A DNA stretch of 64,000 bases from Octopus sinensis (Eukaryota). Positions within the stretch are counted from its first letter, which is position 1. Each line of letters starts with the position of its first letter. The notes beneath the pieces are model-generated. The model searched no databases. It was not told the DNA's origin and was given only the letters and a program-made list of their open reading frames with translations. The position numbers and the translations under genes were made by a program. The stretch spans positions 8,308,001 through 8,372,000 of the forward strand of contig NC_043004.1 in the NCBI RefSeq assembly GCF_006345805.1, given 5' to 3'. Positions 26,071-39,466 of the stretch are shown here, one piece after another.

Positions 26071-26229
26071 TTATGACGACGGAATGCTACACCTCGAAAG
26101 AGGAGGAAAGCGCAATGGTGGCCATACTCCACAGCGAGATGACAGCACCCCACCCTAATATGGGGAATATACATGTACATATGTATGTGTGAGTGTCTAT
26201 GTTTGTGTGTGTGTGTATGTGTATGTGTC

Positions 26230-26270
<41 letters not shown>

Positions 26271-26629
26271 AATGAGTTTGGCAGTATTTACACATGTTTT
26301 CTACTCTTTAAAATATATATTACACGTTCATCACACAGATGCGCCAACACTTAAACAAAAGTGTGTATGTGTGTGAGTCTTTTATACATTTTGTGTATAT
26401 GTATTTATTTATTCGCCTATATTCGTTTGTGTATATTTGTCTATATATATATATATATGTATATTTGCATACATATATATCTCTGTGTGTGTATATATAC
26501 GTATGTATATATGTATATATTGTGTGTGCGTATGTGTGCGAGTGAGTGTGTGCCTTCTCCCTGCCCTACCTCTCGCTCTCTCTCCCCCATTCTCTCTCTC
26601 TCCCCTTCTCTCTCTCTTTCTCTCTCTCC

Positions 26630-26701
<72 letters not shown>

Positions 26702-27232
26702 TAAGCACTCGTCACGTTCTATACAACAATATCTATTCATACGAATGTACATTTTCGTTATTATAAACACGAGCACTTGCATAGAAGCTTGTTTTAGTTT
26801 TATTTGAGACAAGCCAGATCGTGTCGAAAGATAACTCGAATACATCCTTCATCCTAATGATGGATGACAGAGAATATTATTTATTATAAATACACCGAAA
26901 GAAAATTAATGCTACATGTGTTATTTATCATTCCTGCCTACATGTATACGTAGAGAGAAAAGCAATGCTTGTTATAGTTTTTGTTGTCTATGTAGAGAAT
27001 GCTGTGTGGTCCCACATAATATAGTTACAGCTTCAGAGACAATGCTTGCGTGCGTGCGCATGCGTGTGTGCGTGTACTTTGAGGATTCGTCTCTGTATCG
27101 CTTTAATCCTTTCTCTATTGATAAATGTTTTTACAACACGTTGTTCTTTCTAATGAATAATATGTTATTGTTGTCAGACTACAAACAAGAAATGTACGTA
27201 ATCAGTGATAGTCAATATTCTATAGACACAAC

Positions 27233-27442
27233 CGGTGAGCTGGCGGAAACGTTAGCACGCCGGGCGAAATGCTTAGTGGAATTTCGCCTGTCTTTACGTT
27301 CTGAGTTCAAATTCCACCGAGATCGACTTTGCCTTTCACCCTTTCAGGGTCGATAAATTGCAGTTGCACACAGGGGTCGATCTAATCGACTGGCGCCCTC
27401 TCCCAGAATTTCGGGCCTTGTGGCTGGAATAGTAAAAAGATT
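27233..27442 (+). mobile_element. SINE family A, monomer
   Basis: Head, B box and tail match other copies. Confidence 0.88.
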
Positions 27443-27488
27443 ATTGATTAGATACAGAGCTTTCTTATATGCGTATATATATATATAT

Positions 27489-27519
<31 letters not shown>

Positions 27520-27538
27520 ATATATGTATGTATATATA

Positions 27539-27618
<80 letters not shown>

Positions 27619-27787
27619 CCGTTATCCAAAATGGAGGCGAATACTGTCCTCCATGTGATCGGCTTGAAAAATTGTTGAGACACTAGGATAGTTTCCAACT
27701 TTTCTTAACAGGAAACCAATGGTAGCCTTGATTCCCAAATAAATTATATATCCACCAATGCGGTGTTAGGCACTCATTTCATCGTTC

Positions 27788-27841
<54 letters not shown>

Positions 27842-28385
27842 CATCTAATTTAGGATAAAATCTTTTCAAAAAATATTCTATCAATGGCCAGCATATTAAA
27901 AAATACCTTTGAAGGTTAAATTTATAAACAATTTATAAGAAAGGGCAAAAGTATATCATATTGCTCGGCACGTAGATGGAACTTTAATTTTTTGTATTAT
28001 TTTTCGGGGATTTTAATACGTCCTTTTAATGATTTATCTTCCCAAATTTTTAAATACACCAATGGTTTATAACTTTCAAATGTAAATTCACTTTGTTTTA
28101 TGTACAACCCCGATTTTTATCTATTTATATATATATTTAAATTTATATATTTGGAATCTATATATCCGGTTTGTAAATATGGAAGAATATATTAATATAT
28201 GTATGTATTTGATTTTCGAGTGTGGATCTTAATTATGTTCTTGTAGTTTCCGTTTGCATTGCTTCCGTTGAAATTAAAAAGTGGAATATAGCTCACGTGG
28301 AGCTCTACAACTCCAGTCTGTATTTTATTATTTTATTTGCGAGTATTATTAACACTAGCAATCTCAAATAAAGCTGTGTATTTTC

Positions 28386-28439
<54 letters not shown>

Positions 28440-28454
28440 ATATATATATATATA

Positions 28455-28640
28455 TATATAAGATTCTCGATGTTTTGAAACAGATATTGTTGTATTTGGG
28501 GATGGTCATGTTGCCAGTTTAGCCAATGAAAACACACGCACTATATATTTGGTGTTCACTATATATTTGCTTCAGTTTTATTTCGGCTAGAGTTCTTTCG
28601 TCACATTTTTGTGACCGCATCAGTGGTCCTTTGCTTTCTT
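28455..28640 (-). mobile_element. (TA)n-adjacent pLTR-like module with decayed hammerhead (28586-28627)
   Basis: Minus strand ctgatgc-g-gtcac(aaaaat)gtgac-GAAA-gaactcta; core A9 changed to C, stem I not formed. Confidence 0.45.
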
Positions 28641-28689
28641 CTTTCTTTTTTTAGGTTTATCTTCTATTATGTGTGTAGCTTCCGTAATT

Positions 28690-29342
28690 TGTCTAATCCC
28701 CTTGCAAACACGTTTATAGAACGCTTTTATCGTTGCAAACATTGGCAAAAACATATCTTTAGTTCCTATAAGTGATTACCATTCTATAAAATTCGACCTT
28801 TGACTGCCTTCTTACATTTCACTTTCACTAAATATATCTACTTCCATGCCTTTAAGCTTTATTCTGATTCACCTATCGCTCTATATCTCTCCACTATTAG
28901 TTTTTTTCTAATTTCTTTCTTTCTCCTCCTTCTCTTTCTATAAACTACCTTTGAAGTTATATCTACTAACGGTTATTTGAAAAAAACTTGCTCGTGTTCC
29001 ATTCATTATATACGCAGTCATCACATTCTGTTAAAATGTCTTATTGATGTGTTTGGTTTCTTTCTTTCCCTGATGAGAAGATTGCATTGTTTTACACCAT
29101 TTTATTCCTTCTGGAATAATACCATTGCTTTCTTCGAAACATATGTCGGAAGTAAAAAGATTTGAATAACACCTGTGTTTAACTTTATTTATCTATATTA
29201 TACAAAAACATTTCACCTAAACCTCTATAAGTAAGGTGTTATATCCTTGGTACTTGTGTGAATTTTTGCTACCATGGTAACTATTTATCTATTTATTTTT
29301 TCCGTGTTATATGTAAACATTGAAAAAACGCACATTCATTTA
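28690..29342 (+). mobile_element. 5'-truncated PLE 3' end
   Basis: Weak GIY-YIG C-terminal remnant (SYK*LPFYKIR), then a canonical hammerhead; ends at (TA)n. Confidence 0.6.
29065..29152 (+). ncRNA. Type I hammerhead ribozyme motif, fully canonical core
   Basis: Stem I tttcc/ggaag, CTGATGA 29070-76, stem II gaaga/tcttc (G10.1-C11.1) with internal hairpin ttattcc/ggaataa, GAAA 29136-39, palindromic stem III ACATATGT, GUC cleavage after 29147. Confidence 0.85.
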
Positions 29343-29391
29343 CATATATATATATATATATATATAAATGAATGTATGTTTTTTCAATGTT

Positions 29392-29486
<95 letters not shown>

Positions 29487-29489
<3 letters not shown>

Positions 29490-29612
29490 CCTCTCACAAG
29501 GCCTTGGTCGGCCCGAGGTTATAGTAGAAGACACTTCCCAAGGTGCTACGGAGTGAGACTGAACACAAACCCCATGTGGTTGGGAAAGAAGCTTGTTACC
29601 ACACAGTTTGCT
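29487..29612 (-). mobile_element. SINE family B 5' fragment
   Basis: Reverse complement of the head seen at 59155. Confidence 0.8.
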
Positions 29613-32139
29613 TAGCCTGAAATGACTTTCAAGAGACGCATTCATTTTTCCTTCCCGTAACTTTTCTTTTCTTTTATTTTTCTCAACAACGCAACTGTTT
29701 TCTTTTCGAAAACGAAATAATAGCAAGTAAAAGTCTGTAAGGTCTTCGTTTGCTTAAATTATTAGTCTTTTAAATGAAGTTTCGACCGTAAAACAAAGAC
29801 AAAATGCATACCAAGACTATTTCTGGGCTTACTAACCCATCTCCTCTGCCACATACAACCCATCTATGTTTATATTTTCCATCTAATTTGTATACATTAG
29901 GCTTAGGTTTGTTGTCTTTACTTAATTATTATTGTCAGTATTATATTTATTTGTTTACATATAGATTTCTTTCCGTTTGTGCGTGGGTGTTATGGATACC
30001 GGTGTTTGGACGATCGTTAATTAAGAGCTGGCCTTTCGCTGACACGCCGAGCAGAGGTCATTATCACAACTCACAGACGGCCACTGAAGGTCTCCAACAC
30101 AAACAAAGGACATAATTAAACAAGCTAACGACATAATGTCACACAAGCATTTGGAGGAAGCGAATTACATGTTCGTGTTTATCTACTCTCGTTCACAAAT
30201 TTATCAAAAGTTTCGGAAAAAACACATCTATAAATCTCCACTCAACTCTCTCAATACATCTATTCACACAGACACACACACACACGCGCGCACACATTTT
30301 TATATATATAGCTGACACATATACATTCGCATACATACACGCACATATACAGATAGATACACATACACACACAAGCACAGACATGTTCTAAAGAAAGAAT
30401 AAACTCTACTACATTGTATTTATTACTTCCCTCATTTAATATATATATATATATATATATATCTCCATACATGCACACACACACACACACATATATATCC
30501 ATACACACATAATTATATATATAGATATAGATATATACATAGTATATATTTACATGTACATACATACATCTATAATATGTATGTATGTAGGTACTGATGT
30601 ATGTATGAGTGTGTGAATGTGTGTGAGCATACATAAACACGCACTCACATGCACACACGCACTCACTCACACACACACACGCACACAGATTTATGAAGAT
30701 ATGTCGCATGCTTTTTAAATGAGGTTTTTTCATTGAATGCAATCTGAAAATGTGTTTTCCTAAGTAATTAGGTCAATATTGTTTTAATAAACCTGGAGGA
30801 ATGAGAAGCAATATGGCTCACATTTAATTAACGCTAGTCAAAATAATTTCTTAACACTTTTTTTTTTCCATGGACCCATTTGACTGAAGTTTCATTTTTG
30901 TTTACAGTGATTAGAACTCTAAATATGATGAAATAAGTCTGGATAGGCGAATTAGTTTTCATTGCTTCTATCGTCTTTGTTAGTTCTTCCCAAATTACTT
31001 TTGTCAAGAAACCTTAATAACAATGTCTCTCAGCTTTCCGTAGCTCATTTCTCTCACCTTTCATTCATGGAGTTCTATAAGCGTTCCAATTTGAAAATAT
31101 AATAATTTAGTGTGCACGAAGCATTATGGGATATTAAATTAGCGAAAAACTTGTTAAAGTCGAAACATAGCAAAATGAAGTGCAGAATTGAAAACTAAAC
31201 AACGGTTGAAGTTTTGCTTTGTATTTCTTCGATATATCGGGATCAGGGCCTCTTCATCAATATACGAGGTGAAATGGAATATGAAATGAAGTTATTTTCG
31301 TTGCTTAGATACTGATATCAACTGTTGTTCGATCTTTACTTTTGTAATTCATTTTGCATTATTTCGGCCTTAACACGTTTTTATTTAGTAAAAAAATAAT
31401 ATAAAACACACAACCGAATATTTTAACCAAACAGAAGATAATTTGTCGAAGCGATTTTTATCCATATTTTCTCATACTATTTCATCCAAAATGTTAATTT
31501 TTTTAGATTTTTTTGTGGACTTGGTTAAATTGTTATAGAAATTATTAAAAGAGGCGCGGACATATCTAATGAGATCATCCTAAATATGTACAAATAGTAA
31601 TGTTTCTGCAGACTGATGACACAATATTTATTCATATTAATTAATTGCTAGCAGGGACACCGTATTTCGTTATGATGTACTACAAAGCTATTCTAAAGAC
31701 CTTGTTTATACAGACGTTATCGCATACTAGACGTCGTAACTTTCAGTGGTGGCTCTAATGTTAATAGAAAATCTGTAGAAATGATTTTGAAAAGTTGTTC
31801 ATATTTAATCTCTACAAACATGACCTTGAAATTGAAAATAAAATGCGTTGTACGTGGTTTAAACAATTTTTAAGGTATATCTTTGGAGCCATAAGCACCC
31901 AGTAGCACACCCTTATGGTGTTACCATATCATTTCACTCCGTCTTATGAGTTTACAGCACCTCTAAGAAGCTGAAGACCCACTGTCCTATACTATATTTT
32001 ATAAACTTCGAAGACCCGTACACATATTTTATACACAATACGCAGCCACCGTCACATTAATTTTAATGAGGTATCCAATGAAACATTGTTTTAGTAAGAC
32101 AATTTATTCATATATATATATATATCTAACAGAACTTCG

Positions 32140-32404
32140 CATCAAATTGTTGATCCTCTTAAGCAAGTCTTGAGGAAAGAGTGGGACAACATGTCTGAGT
32201 ATTTCATCATGAAGAGTTGTGACGCCTTCACGTGGCGTGTGAAGGTCGTGGTGGACAATGAAGGCGCCGACATATTGAATAAGTTGTCTCTTTATACTCT
32301 ATAAACTTGTGTTAAAATTATATTTATGTCAGGTTGCTGGTTGTTATAAAATAAACAATTTGGTGAATTAACTATTATCTTCCAAGTTTTGCTTCCCCAC
32401 CCTG
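32140..32404 (+). mobile_element. Tc1/mariner 3' remnant
   Basis: LKQVLRKEWDNMS...CDAFTWRVKVVVDNEG transposase C-terminus, then TIR-like ttttgcttccccaccctgca. Confidence 0.7.
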
Positions 32405-33767
32405 CATGTATATATATATACATACATGTATGTGTGTGTGTGTGTGCGTGTGTGTGTGTGTGTGTGTATGAGGAGAGAAAAAGCTGGGGATATGAGGTAG
32501 TAGACCCAGAGAAAACGTTTACTGATCTTTCTCTCTGTCTCACACACCCAAACGCACGCACACACATACACACACACTCACACACACGCACACACACGCA
32601 CAGACACACAGAGACGCGCACATTTGTGCAAGGTGCCGCGCAGTAGGACTGAACCTGAATGCGAATGCTTGCCAAGCGAGCATCTTAACTCCATAGCATT
32701 GGCTACGATGAGAAACATTTACAAATGGCTCTACGTTAAATGCGAAATTATAAAAAGTGAGAGAAAAATGTGCGGAGTATATGTTTAGGGTTTCATCGGA
32801 CTTCAAAAGGAAAGTTTTGACACCAGCTACAGAAAACGGAAACACTTGGGAGCTGTATTATTGTGTTCCCTTAAGTGGATTATTTCACGGTTTTTTAGGA
32901 AAAGGGTAATGCTGATATCTGAGAAGATGTATTTGCAGAGTCCGTATAAAAAAAGGGGGAAATATAGATTCAAAAGCTTTCCTATTGAGATAAAAATAAA
33001 ATAAAACTGTTGAGTTGGATGGTTTGGTGTTACGCACGTTACAGTTGTTTGTCGTGTAAGATTTCGTTTACATGTTAATTACTCGCTGCTTGACAGCTTC
33101 TAACGTTTACATTAAACCGATGATCAAAGGATGCGATGAGTCCGCTGTCAGATAACTCACAACAAAACAAGTGAAGGAAGGCCAAGTGATAAGATCGGTT
33201 TTGTAGTTGTTCACTTCGGACGCCAGATACAAGCCATCGTTTGTCGTCGTCCGCTGACAAAACATAAAAGGACCCAAAACGACTGTAACGGACTTGATGA
33301 ATTGGTTGAATTGTTACCGGAAACCATAAAATATTGCGCTGCTGTTAGAGACCTCCATCAACACACAGTTTTGACTTAAACAGTTTACTTGTAAACATGT
33401 TATAACAAGTTAATTCCCCTTTATGAATTCACGCACAAATATACATGTCTACAAAACATACTTTTCAACCTTCGACTTATTTTTTATCCAAAGGGTTTTT
33501 TAGAATCAAATATTTATACGCTATTACTTATAGCATTATCTACTTCGGATGTCATTATAAAGAAAAACAACCTCTTTTATATTGATATATTCGCTCATAT
33601 ATTGGTCGATAATTAGATCAAAGTATAATTACAGGAAAATATCCGAACTCTCATCGATCTTTCGCACATTTCTGACTATAAACACATCCACACAATCTCT
33701 CTTTCACATCCTAGATTTATACGCACGTATATATATGGAGCAAATAATACAATGAAAAATATGATTG

Positions 33768-33819
<52 letters not shown>

Positions 33820-34364
33820 TATATATAATATGTGTGTGTGTGGTGTGTTGTGTGTGTGGTGTGGTGTGTGTGTGTGTGTGTGTGTGTGCGTGTATACATA
33901 ATGTAAGAAGCGGAGGAAACAATCGAGGAACACAGAAACTAGATATAATATTGAGGTTAATGTACACAATGAAGAGAAGCGAAGAATTTTAATTACAGTT
34001 AAGAAAGAATCAATTGTTTAATGAGGAATTCTGTCGAGGAAAAAAACAAATTTATCTAGACCGAAATAGAAGCGGAATTGGTGTCATTTTGCAAAGGTTA
34101 GAATCACCCTCCACCGTTTTGGTTACATACTATTTTGAATACATTTTAATTCATTTAAGTTTTCAAATTCGCAGAATACAAAAACATGAATCCAAAAACA
34201 AAGAAAACTGAATGGCAAATTCATAGAAATGGACAAAAGAAGAGGAATCAGTGCCAATAGGGGCTGAACATGTGGACAGACTGACTCCCGAACAATTACG
34301 AAGGAAGCTGACGATCTCAGCGAACGAAACAGAAACTACACACACACACACACTTGTTACTCTT

Positions 34365-34367
<3 letters not shown>

Positions 34368-34444
<77 letters not shown>

Positions 34445-34470
34445 CATTATTATTATTATTATTATCATTA

Positions 34471-34522
<52 letters not shown>

Positions 34523-34753
34523 GCCTTTGCACAACGCTGGAGATGTACTACGGTGCCAGCTGTTCACTACCATTGAACTAAGGTAACACCTCTTATTTTT
34601 CGAGCACCATCCAGTGTATTCGAGAGGTTTTCTGCAAGTGCTCCACCCTTATTGCAGCCCCTATTTGTTCCATGTTCTTTCTCGAAATTTTTGCTCTCTG
34701 TTCCCAGGGCTCCGACAATTATTGCTACTACGGCTACCTTTTTCATCGGCCAC

Positions 34754-34838
<85 letters not shown>
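34368..34838. repeat. (TAT)n arrays hosting a Dong insertion
   Basis: 34368-34522 and 34754-34838. Confidence 0.95.
34523..34753 (-). mobile_element. R4/Dong-like LINE 3' end, copy 1
   Basis: Minus strand resembles the ORF C-terminus (..IIVGALGT..VEHLQK..ARILRMVLE), then 3' UTR and (AAT)n tail. Confidence 0.8.
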
Positions 34839-34839
<1 letters not shown>

Positions 34840-34987
34840 TGAGTGAGAGAGCAGTGCATGTCATCAAAGTGACACTGGGGTAAAATCTATGATATTGGGC
34901 AGAATATTTGCTGTAGCCCATCTTTTATAACATAGCAATACAATGTACATAACACTTCCAATCAGTTAAGATCAGAAGTTGTTGTTG

Positions 34988-35670
34988 TTTTTGCAACTTT
35001 TAATGCTGGAGATATACTACGGTGTTAGCTGTCCACTACCAGTGAACTAAGGTAACGCCCTTTATTTTTTTAGCACCATCCGGAGTATTCGAGCGGTTCC
35101 AAGTAGTGATACGGTGGGTATTTTCAGTGCTGAAATCAGAATGGAGTTTGGACTGAGAAAGTGTGGTGTGTTAGTCTTGAAGAAAAGCAAAATCAAATGT
35201 ATTGACGAGCTAACGATAACGTCGGGGGAGGTAATGAAGTAGATGGAAGAGACTGGCTATAGGTATTTGGGGATATGGGAAATGGATAAATTGATGGGGA
35301 AAGAAATGACAGCAAAATTTAAGGAGGAGTACTTGCGCAGACTGAGACTGATCCTTAAGTCGGAATTAAATGGACGGAATAAAATTGAAGCTATCAACAC
35401 CTGGTCGGTTTCACTCTTTAGATATGGAGTAGGTGTAATTGCATGGACAGTAGACGAACTAAATAGCTTAGACAGAAAGATAAGGAAGTTGCCGACTTGA
35501 TAGTGGATACTCCACCCAAAAGCTGACACAGACAGACTGTATGTACAAAGAAAAAAGAGGGGGAAGACTACTGACTGGATTCGAACACAGCATTAGAGCA
35601 TGGTATGTAAAAAATGTCACCGAACCGCTATTACTGGAAGTTAGGCTTAGGGTTGTGTAGGATGGAAAAT
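34988..35670. mobile_element. R4/Dong-like LINE with 5' inversion
   Basis: Minus-strand 3' end 34988-35107 fused to a plus-strand RT thumb fragment 35108-35670 (EIRMEFGLRKCG, YRYLGI, KSELNGRNKIEAINTW, LHPKADTDRLY). Confidence 0.82.
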
Positions 35671-35689
35671 TATGATTATCATTATTATT

Positions 35690-35924
35690 GCCTTTGCACA
35701 GCTTCTAATGCTGGAGATGTACTACAGTGTCAGCTTTTCACGACCAGTGAATTAAGGTAACACCTCTTAATTTTTCAAGCACTTTCCGGAGTATTCAAGC
35801 GGTTCCAAGCAGTGCTGTTTTCTGAAAGTGCTCCATCCTTATTGTAGCCCCTATTTATTCCGCTGTTCCTAGGGCTCCGACAATTATTGGTACTACTACC
35901 TTTCTCATCGACCACAACTGCTTA
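35690..35924 (-). mobile_element. R4/Dong-like LINE 3' end, copy 3
   Basis: Homologous to copy 1, flanked by TAT repeats. Confidence 0.8.
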
Positions 35925-35966
35925 TTATTATCATCATCATCATTATTATTATTATTATTATTATTA

Positions 35967-36008
<42 letters not shown>

Positions 36009-37559
36009 CATTACAGTTATTGTTGGATTTGTTATTGCTGTTGATGTTCAAATTATTTCCATTTGTGATTTATTACTCGCCAGTCTATTATCCATATATT
36101 ATCTGTGCTGCATGTATAAGGGGTGTATAAGAGTTCACGTTTTTGTATGTAATACCTATTGCATGGACCTCAGGGTTTTGCTGGTATATACTATATTGAT
36201 CTTAAAGGCGGAAAGACAAAGTCAAGGTTCGCTGCGATGGAACTCGGACTGGGAGACGATATTTATATACTCGCAGGAATTTTGTCCTGCACTCTTTCAT
36301 TCCTCCTAACTATTGCCATTCCAATCGTTTAAAATAATTTTGTTTAGTTTGAAAATATCAAATAAGAATCGGGTTAGTTTGGAATGTTACATCGCTTACA
36401 GGGCATTAAGTATAAACGTTTAAAGACAATTTAAGAATCCTTTAATAATTTGAAATTTTTTTGGTTAAACTTCGTAATTCAGTTTTTCGTAGTTTAATAT
36501 ATTTTTCTAAAAATGACTGATATTTTTTAATATCAATTACTTTCAGTGAGCTTTTGTATACTTTATTGTTAAACTAAGTTCTAGAAATCTAATATTTATA
36601 GAAAACTCATATCACTCATACATTGATTTATTCTCTACTTAAGTGTCTCAGACACTTTAAAAGTTGATTTCTACTTATTAAGAGGACTTCGTCCTTGTTT
36701 TTTTCCTTACTTACACTTGTTGAATCTTAGTTTAAACTTGTACTTAAGAATTTCACCGCCCCTGACATATAAAATCTATAAACTATATTTAAGTGGAGGT
36801 GGGGCAAAAAGGATTATGATATATCAGAAAGAATTTCGGAAGATTCTGTCGACGATGGCGAAGCGACCGAACCGTAAGAGATTGACGCCCTTCTCGCTAT
36901 CATTTGTCACACCTTGTTGAAAGTTCATCCATGCATTTTCTCATTGAAGAGGATTTCACTCTAAAATGACTGACAAATAGTGCTAGGACTGATAATTAAT
37001 TTCTGAGTACTTTGGACATTTATGTTCGTTTTTACTTTCACTTCTCAGTTATACAGCTGCGCTCATAACTAAATTAAATGAATTATTAAATCCGGAAATA
37101 ATTCATAACAGACCAGGGGTTGAAGCACCAATTCATATTTTGTATGGAAGTATTCAATAAAGTGATGTCCCCTTTTATTTACTCGGCAGGTTGTCTAAGA
37201 AGATAACTTCGGTTTAATTATGCTATGAGATGTATTGTTTGAACCAAACAAATGTTATTAAACGGTCCAATGATACCGCCATACAGCCAGCACGTATCTT
37301 CTCTCTCTCTGTACCTTTTTCTATGTAATGGCTTGGTATCTCTTACGGACCCCAGTATTTTGCTGGTATTTATTACATTGATCTTAAAGGAAGACCGTCA
37401 AGGTCAGAGTTCATCCCAATGGAACTCAGAATGGGAGACCGCATATTGCATATTCACACATATGTATGTGTGCATGTTTAATATATCTATGGATGTATGC
37501 ATATGTGTACGTATACACATGCGTTTGTGTTTGTGTGTGAAGTTAATTTAACAATCATA

Positions 37560-39340
37560 CGTTTAGTGCAAAAAGTATGATTTGTTTCCCCCTATAATGT
37601 CACTATAACATCGCAGTATCCGTAGCGTTTGTTCAGAGTTTTGGTTTCAAAATACTTCCGTCTCTTTCCATAGAAGACTACAGATTATTTATAAAGATGG
37701 CATCATTGACAAATGTCATGCGGACAGATCGAGGAAGAAGTTTAAAGAGAGGGAAACCAGCATTTAAAGCAAAAACCCGCAGTGACGGACAGTTTATCAG
37801 TGAGTGAATGAATTGATTCATACAGACAAACCAATCAGACCTCGTCAGTTTGCTGTGCAACTGGACGTGGGTAGTCATGCATTAGGGAAGAACGTGGAGG
37901 ATTTGGAAATGTATGAGAAGTGGGTACTCTGCTAATGATACCTCATTTGAATGAGTGAAGGGTAGAAGCCTTTTAAAACTGTGAAGACACATTTTTTCCT
38001 CTTTGATTGGGTGACGGGGGATGAAACGAGCGTTTGTTGGCGGAGCTCGGATCGAAGCACATACTAAAACTCCTCATGACTTTTTAACGAATTTTTACGA
38101 ATTTTCACAATTCTTTTTTTGGATGCTGCCTTCTGTATAATGGAATCAATCCGATTGTTCAACAGAAGAATTTTTTAAAATATTCCTTCACCCTTCCTCA
38201 TAATTCCCAAACTTTCCAGTTTTTCGATTTTTAAAAAAAATCTTGGTTTTAAAATATGGTCAGACCGATTTCGCCATTCGTTTCTCTTTATAATTACCAA
38301 ATAATTTTTTTTTAATATTTCGAAATCAAAACTGAAAAAGTTTTAAGCACTCGCGCATGCACACAGCCTACGTGCGTGTTTGTCTAAGAGAAATCATTTA
38401 CTGGCGGAAATTTGTTATCAAAATAAATTGTCTCTATCATACCTTTAAATCGTTGCGCGAAACACATTTACTAACAGAGAATTATGTTTCAAAAATAAAT
38501 TATTTGTAACATACCTTTAAATTATGGCGGATAAATTCCGGTTGTGTGTCTTATAAACGTCTTGTAGTTCTGCCATACACTGCCACATTTCAAGCCATAA
38601 TAATCCCTGTAGATGGCCTCATCCACATGCGACCAGCGCACATCTCCACTAGAACCACATATCTAATCCAGTCTCCGTTTAATTCGGGTCCAATATGATT
38701 CTATGTTGATTGTGCATACACCAGGCAAGGGAACTGCGCCCGTTTCTTTATGATTTAGAAATGAAGAGTCAACCCACGGGATGGAACTCTTCTTCAAGGC
38801 CTAATAACTTTAACAGTCAACGATCAGCGCAGAAAGTCAGGGTAATTTGTCTTTTCTGGCGTATGACAAGGACATCCTATTCTGCTCTGAATAGCGAACG
38901 GTACATTGATAAACAGAAAAGCTTTGAGAAGCCATTGGTGGGAAAAGAAAAAACAAGAACTTGAAAACAGCTCCCCCCCATTCACCATGATAATCCACGA
39001 CAACCCAAATTTTTCGTAGCAAATCCGACAATCAACAAGTTAGACTAGTCATTGGTTCACAATCCCTACAAGCCGTATCTGACACCGACTTTGGTCCAAA
39101 AAAAGGTTTATCTTCGGGATTAACAATTTGATGACATACAAAAAGTGAAAGTGGTTGTGAAGAAGTGGATACTACGATGCAACCATGAATATTGTCGAAG
39201 AGTATTCGAGAGTTAGGTCCAAAGATTGCGCAAAGGCATGACTTAGGACGATGGCGGGTCGTACCTTTCTGCAGACGAAGAATTTCTTCTCTACCAGCAA
39301 ATGCAATTGCAACGACTAATGTCACTTAATAAAAAAGTTC
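37560..39340 (+). mobile_element. Old mariner (DD34D-type) remnant interrupted by a hAT MITE
   Basis: HRRLQIIYKDG..KKFKERETSI, VNELIHTD, VTGDETSV (about 38011-38034), YDLEMK..QRSAQKV..FW, HHDNPR, HNPYKPYLTP, QFDDIQKVK..KKW. Confidence 0.8.
38039..38740. mobile_element. hAT-type non-autonomous element
   Basis: Imperfect TIRs ggcggagctc / gaactgcgcc; 8-bp TSD cgtttgtt (38031-38) and cgtttctt (38741-48); splits the mariner GDET..YD motif. Confidence 0.72.
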
Positions 39341-39466
39341 TGCACAATTTTTGTAATTACATATATACATACAATATATACACAGACACACACACACAAA
39401 TATATAATATACATATAAATACATATATACATATAAATACATACCTATATATATATATATATATAG

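Noticed and set aside
37674-37799. Symmetric 126-nt host exon (MASLTNVMRTDRGRSLKRG...)
   Set aside because: Another frame reads as a mariner HTH region (HRRLQ..KKFKERETSI..VNELI); treated as a TE remnant.
38759-38841. 83-nt host exon (MKSQPTGW...QKVR)
   Set aside because: Matches the mariner YDPE.K.QS..W...SAGKV segment.
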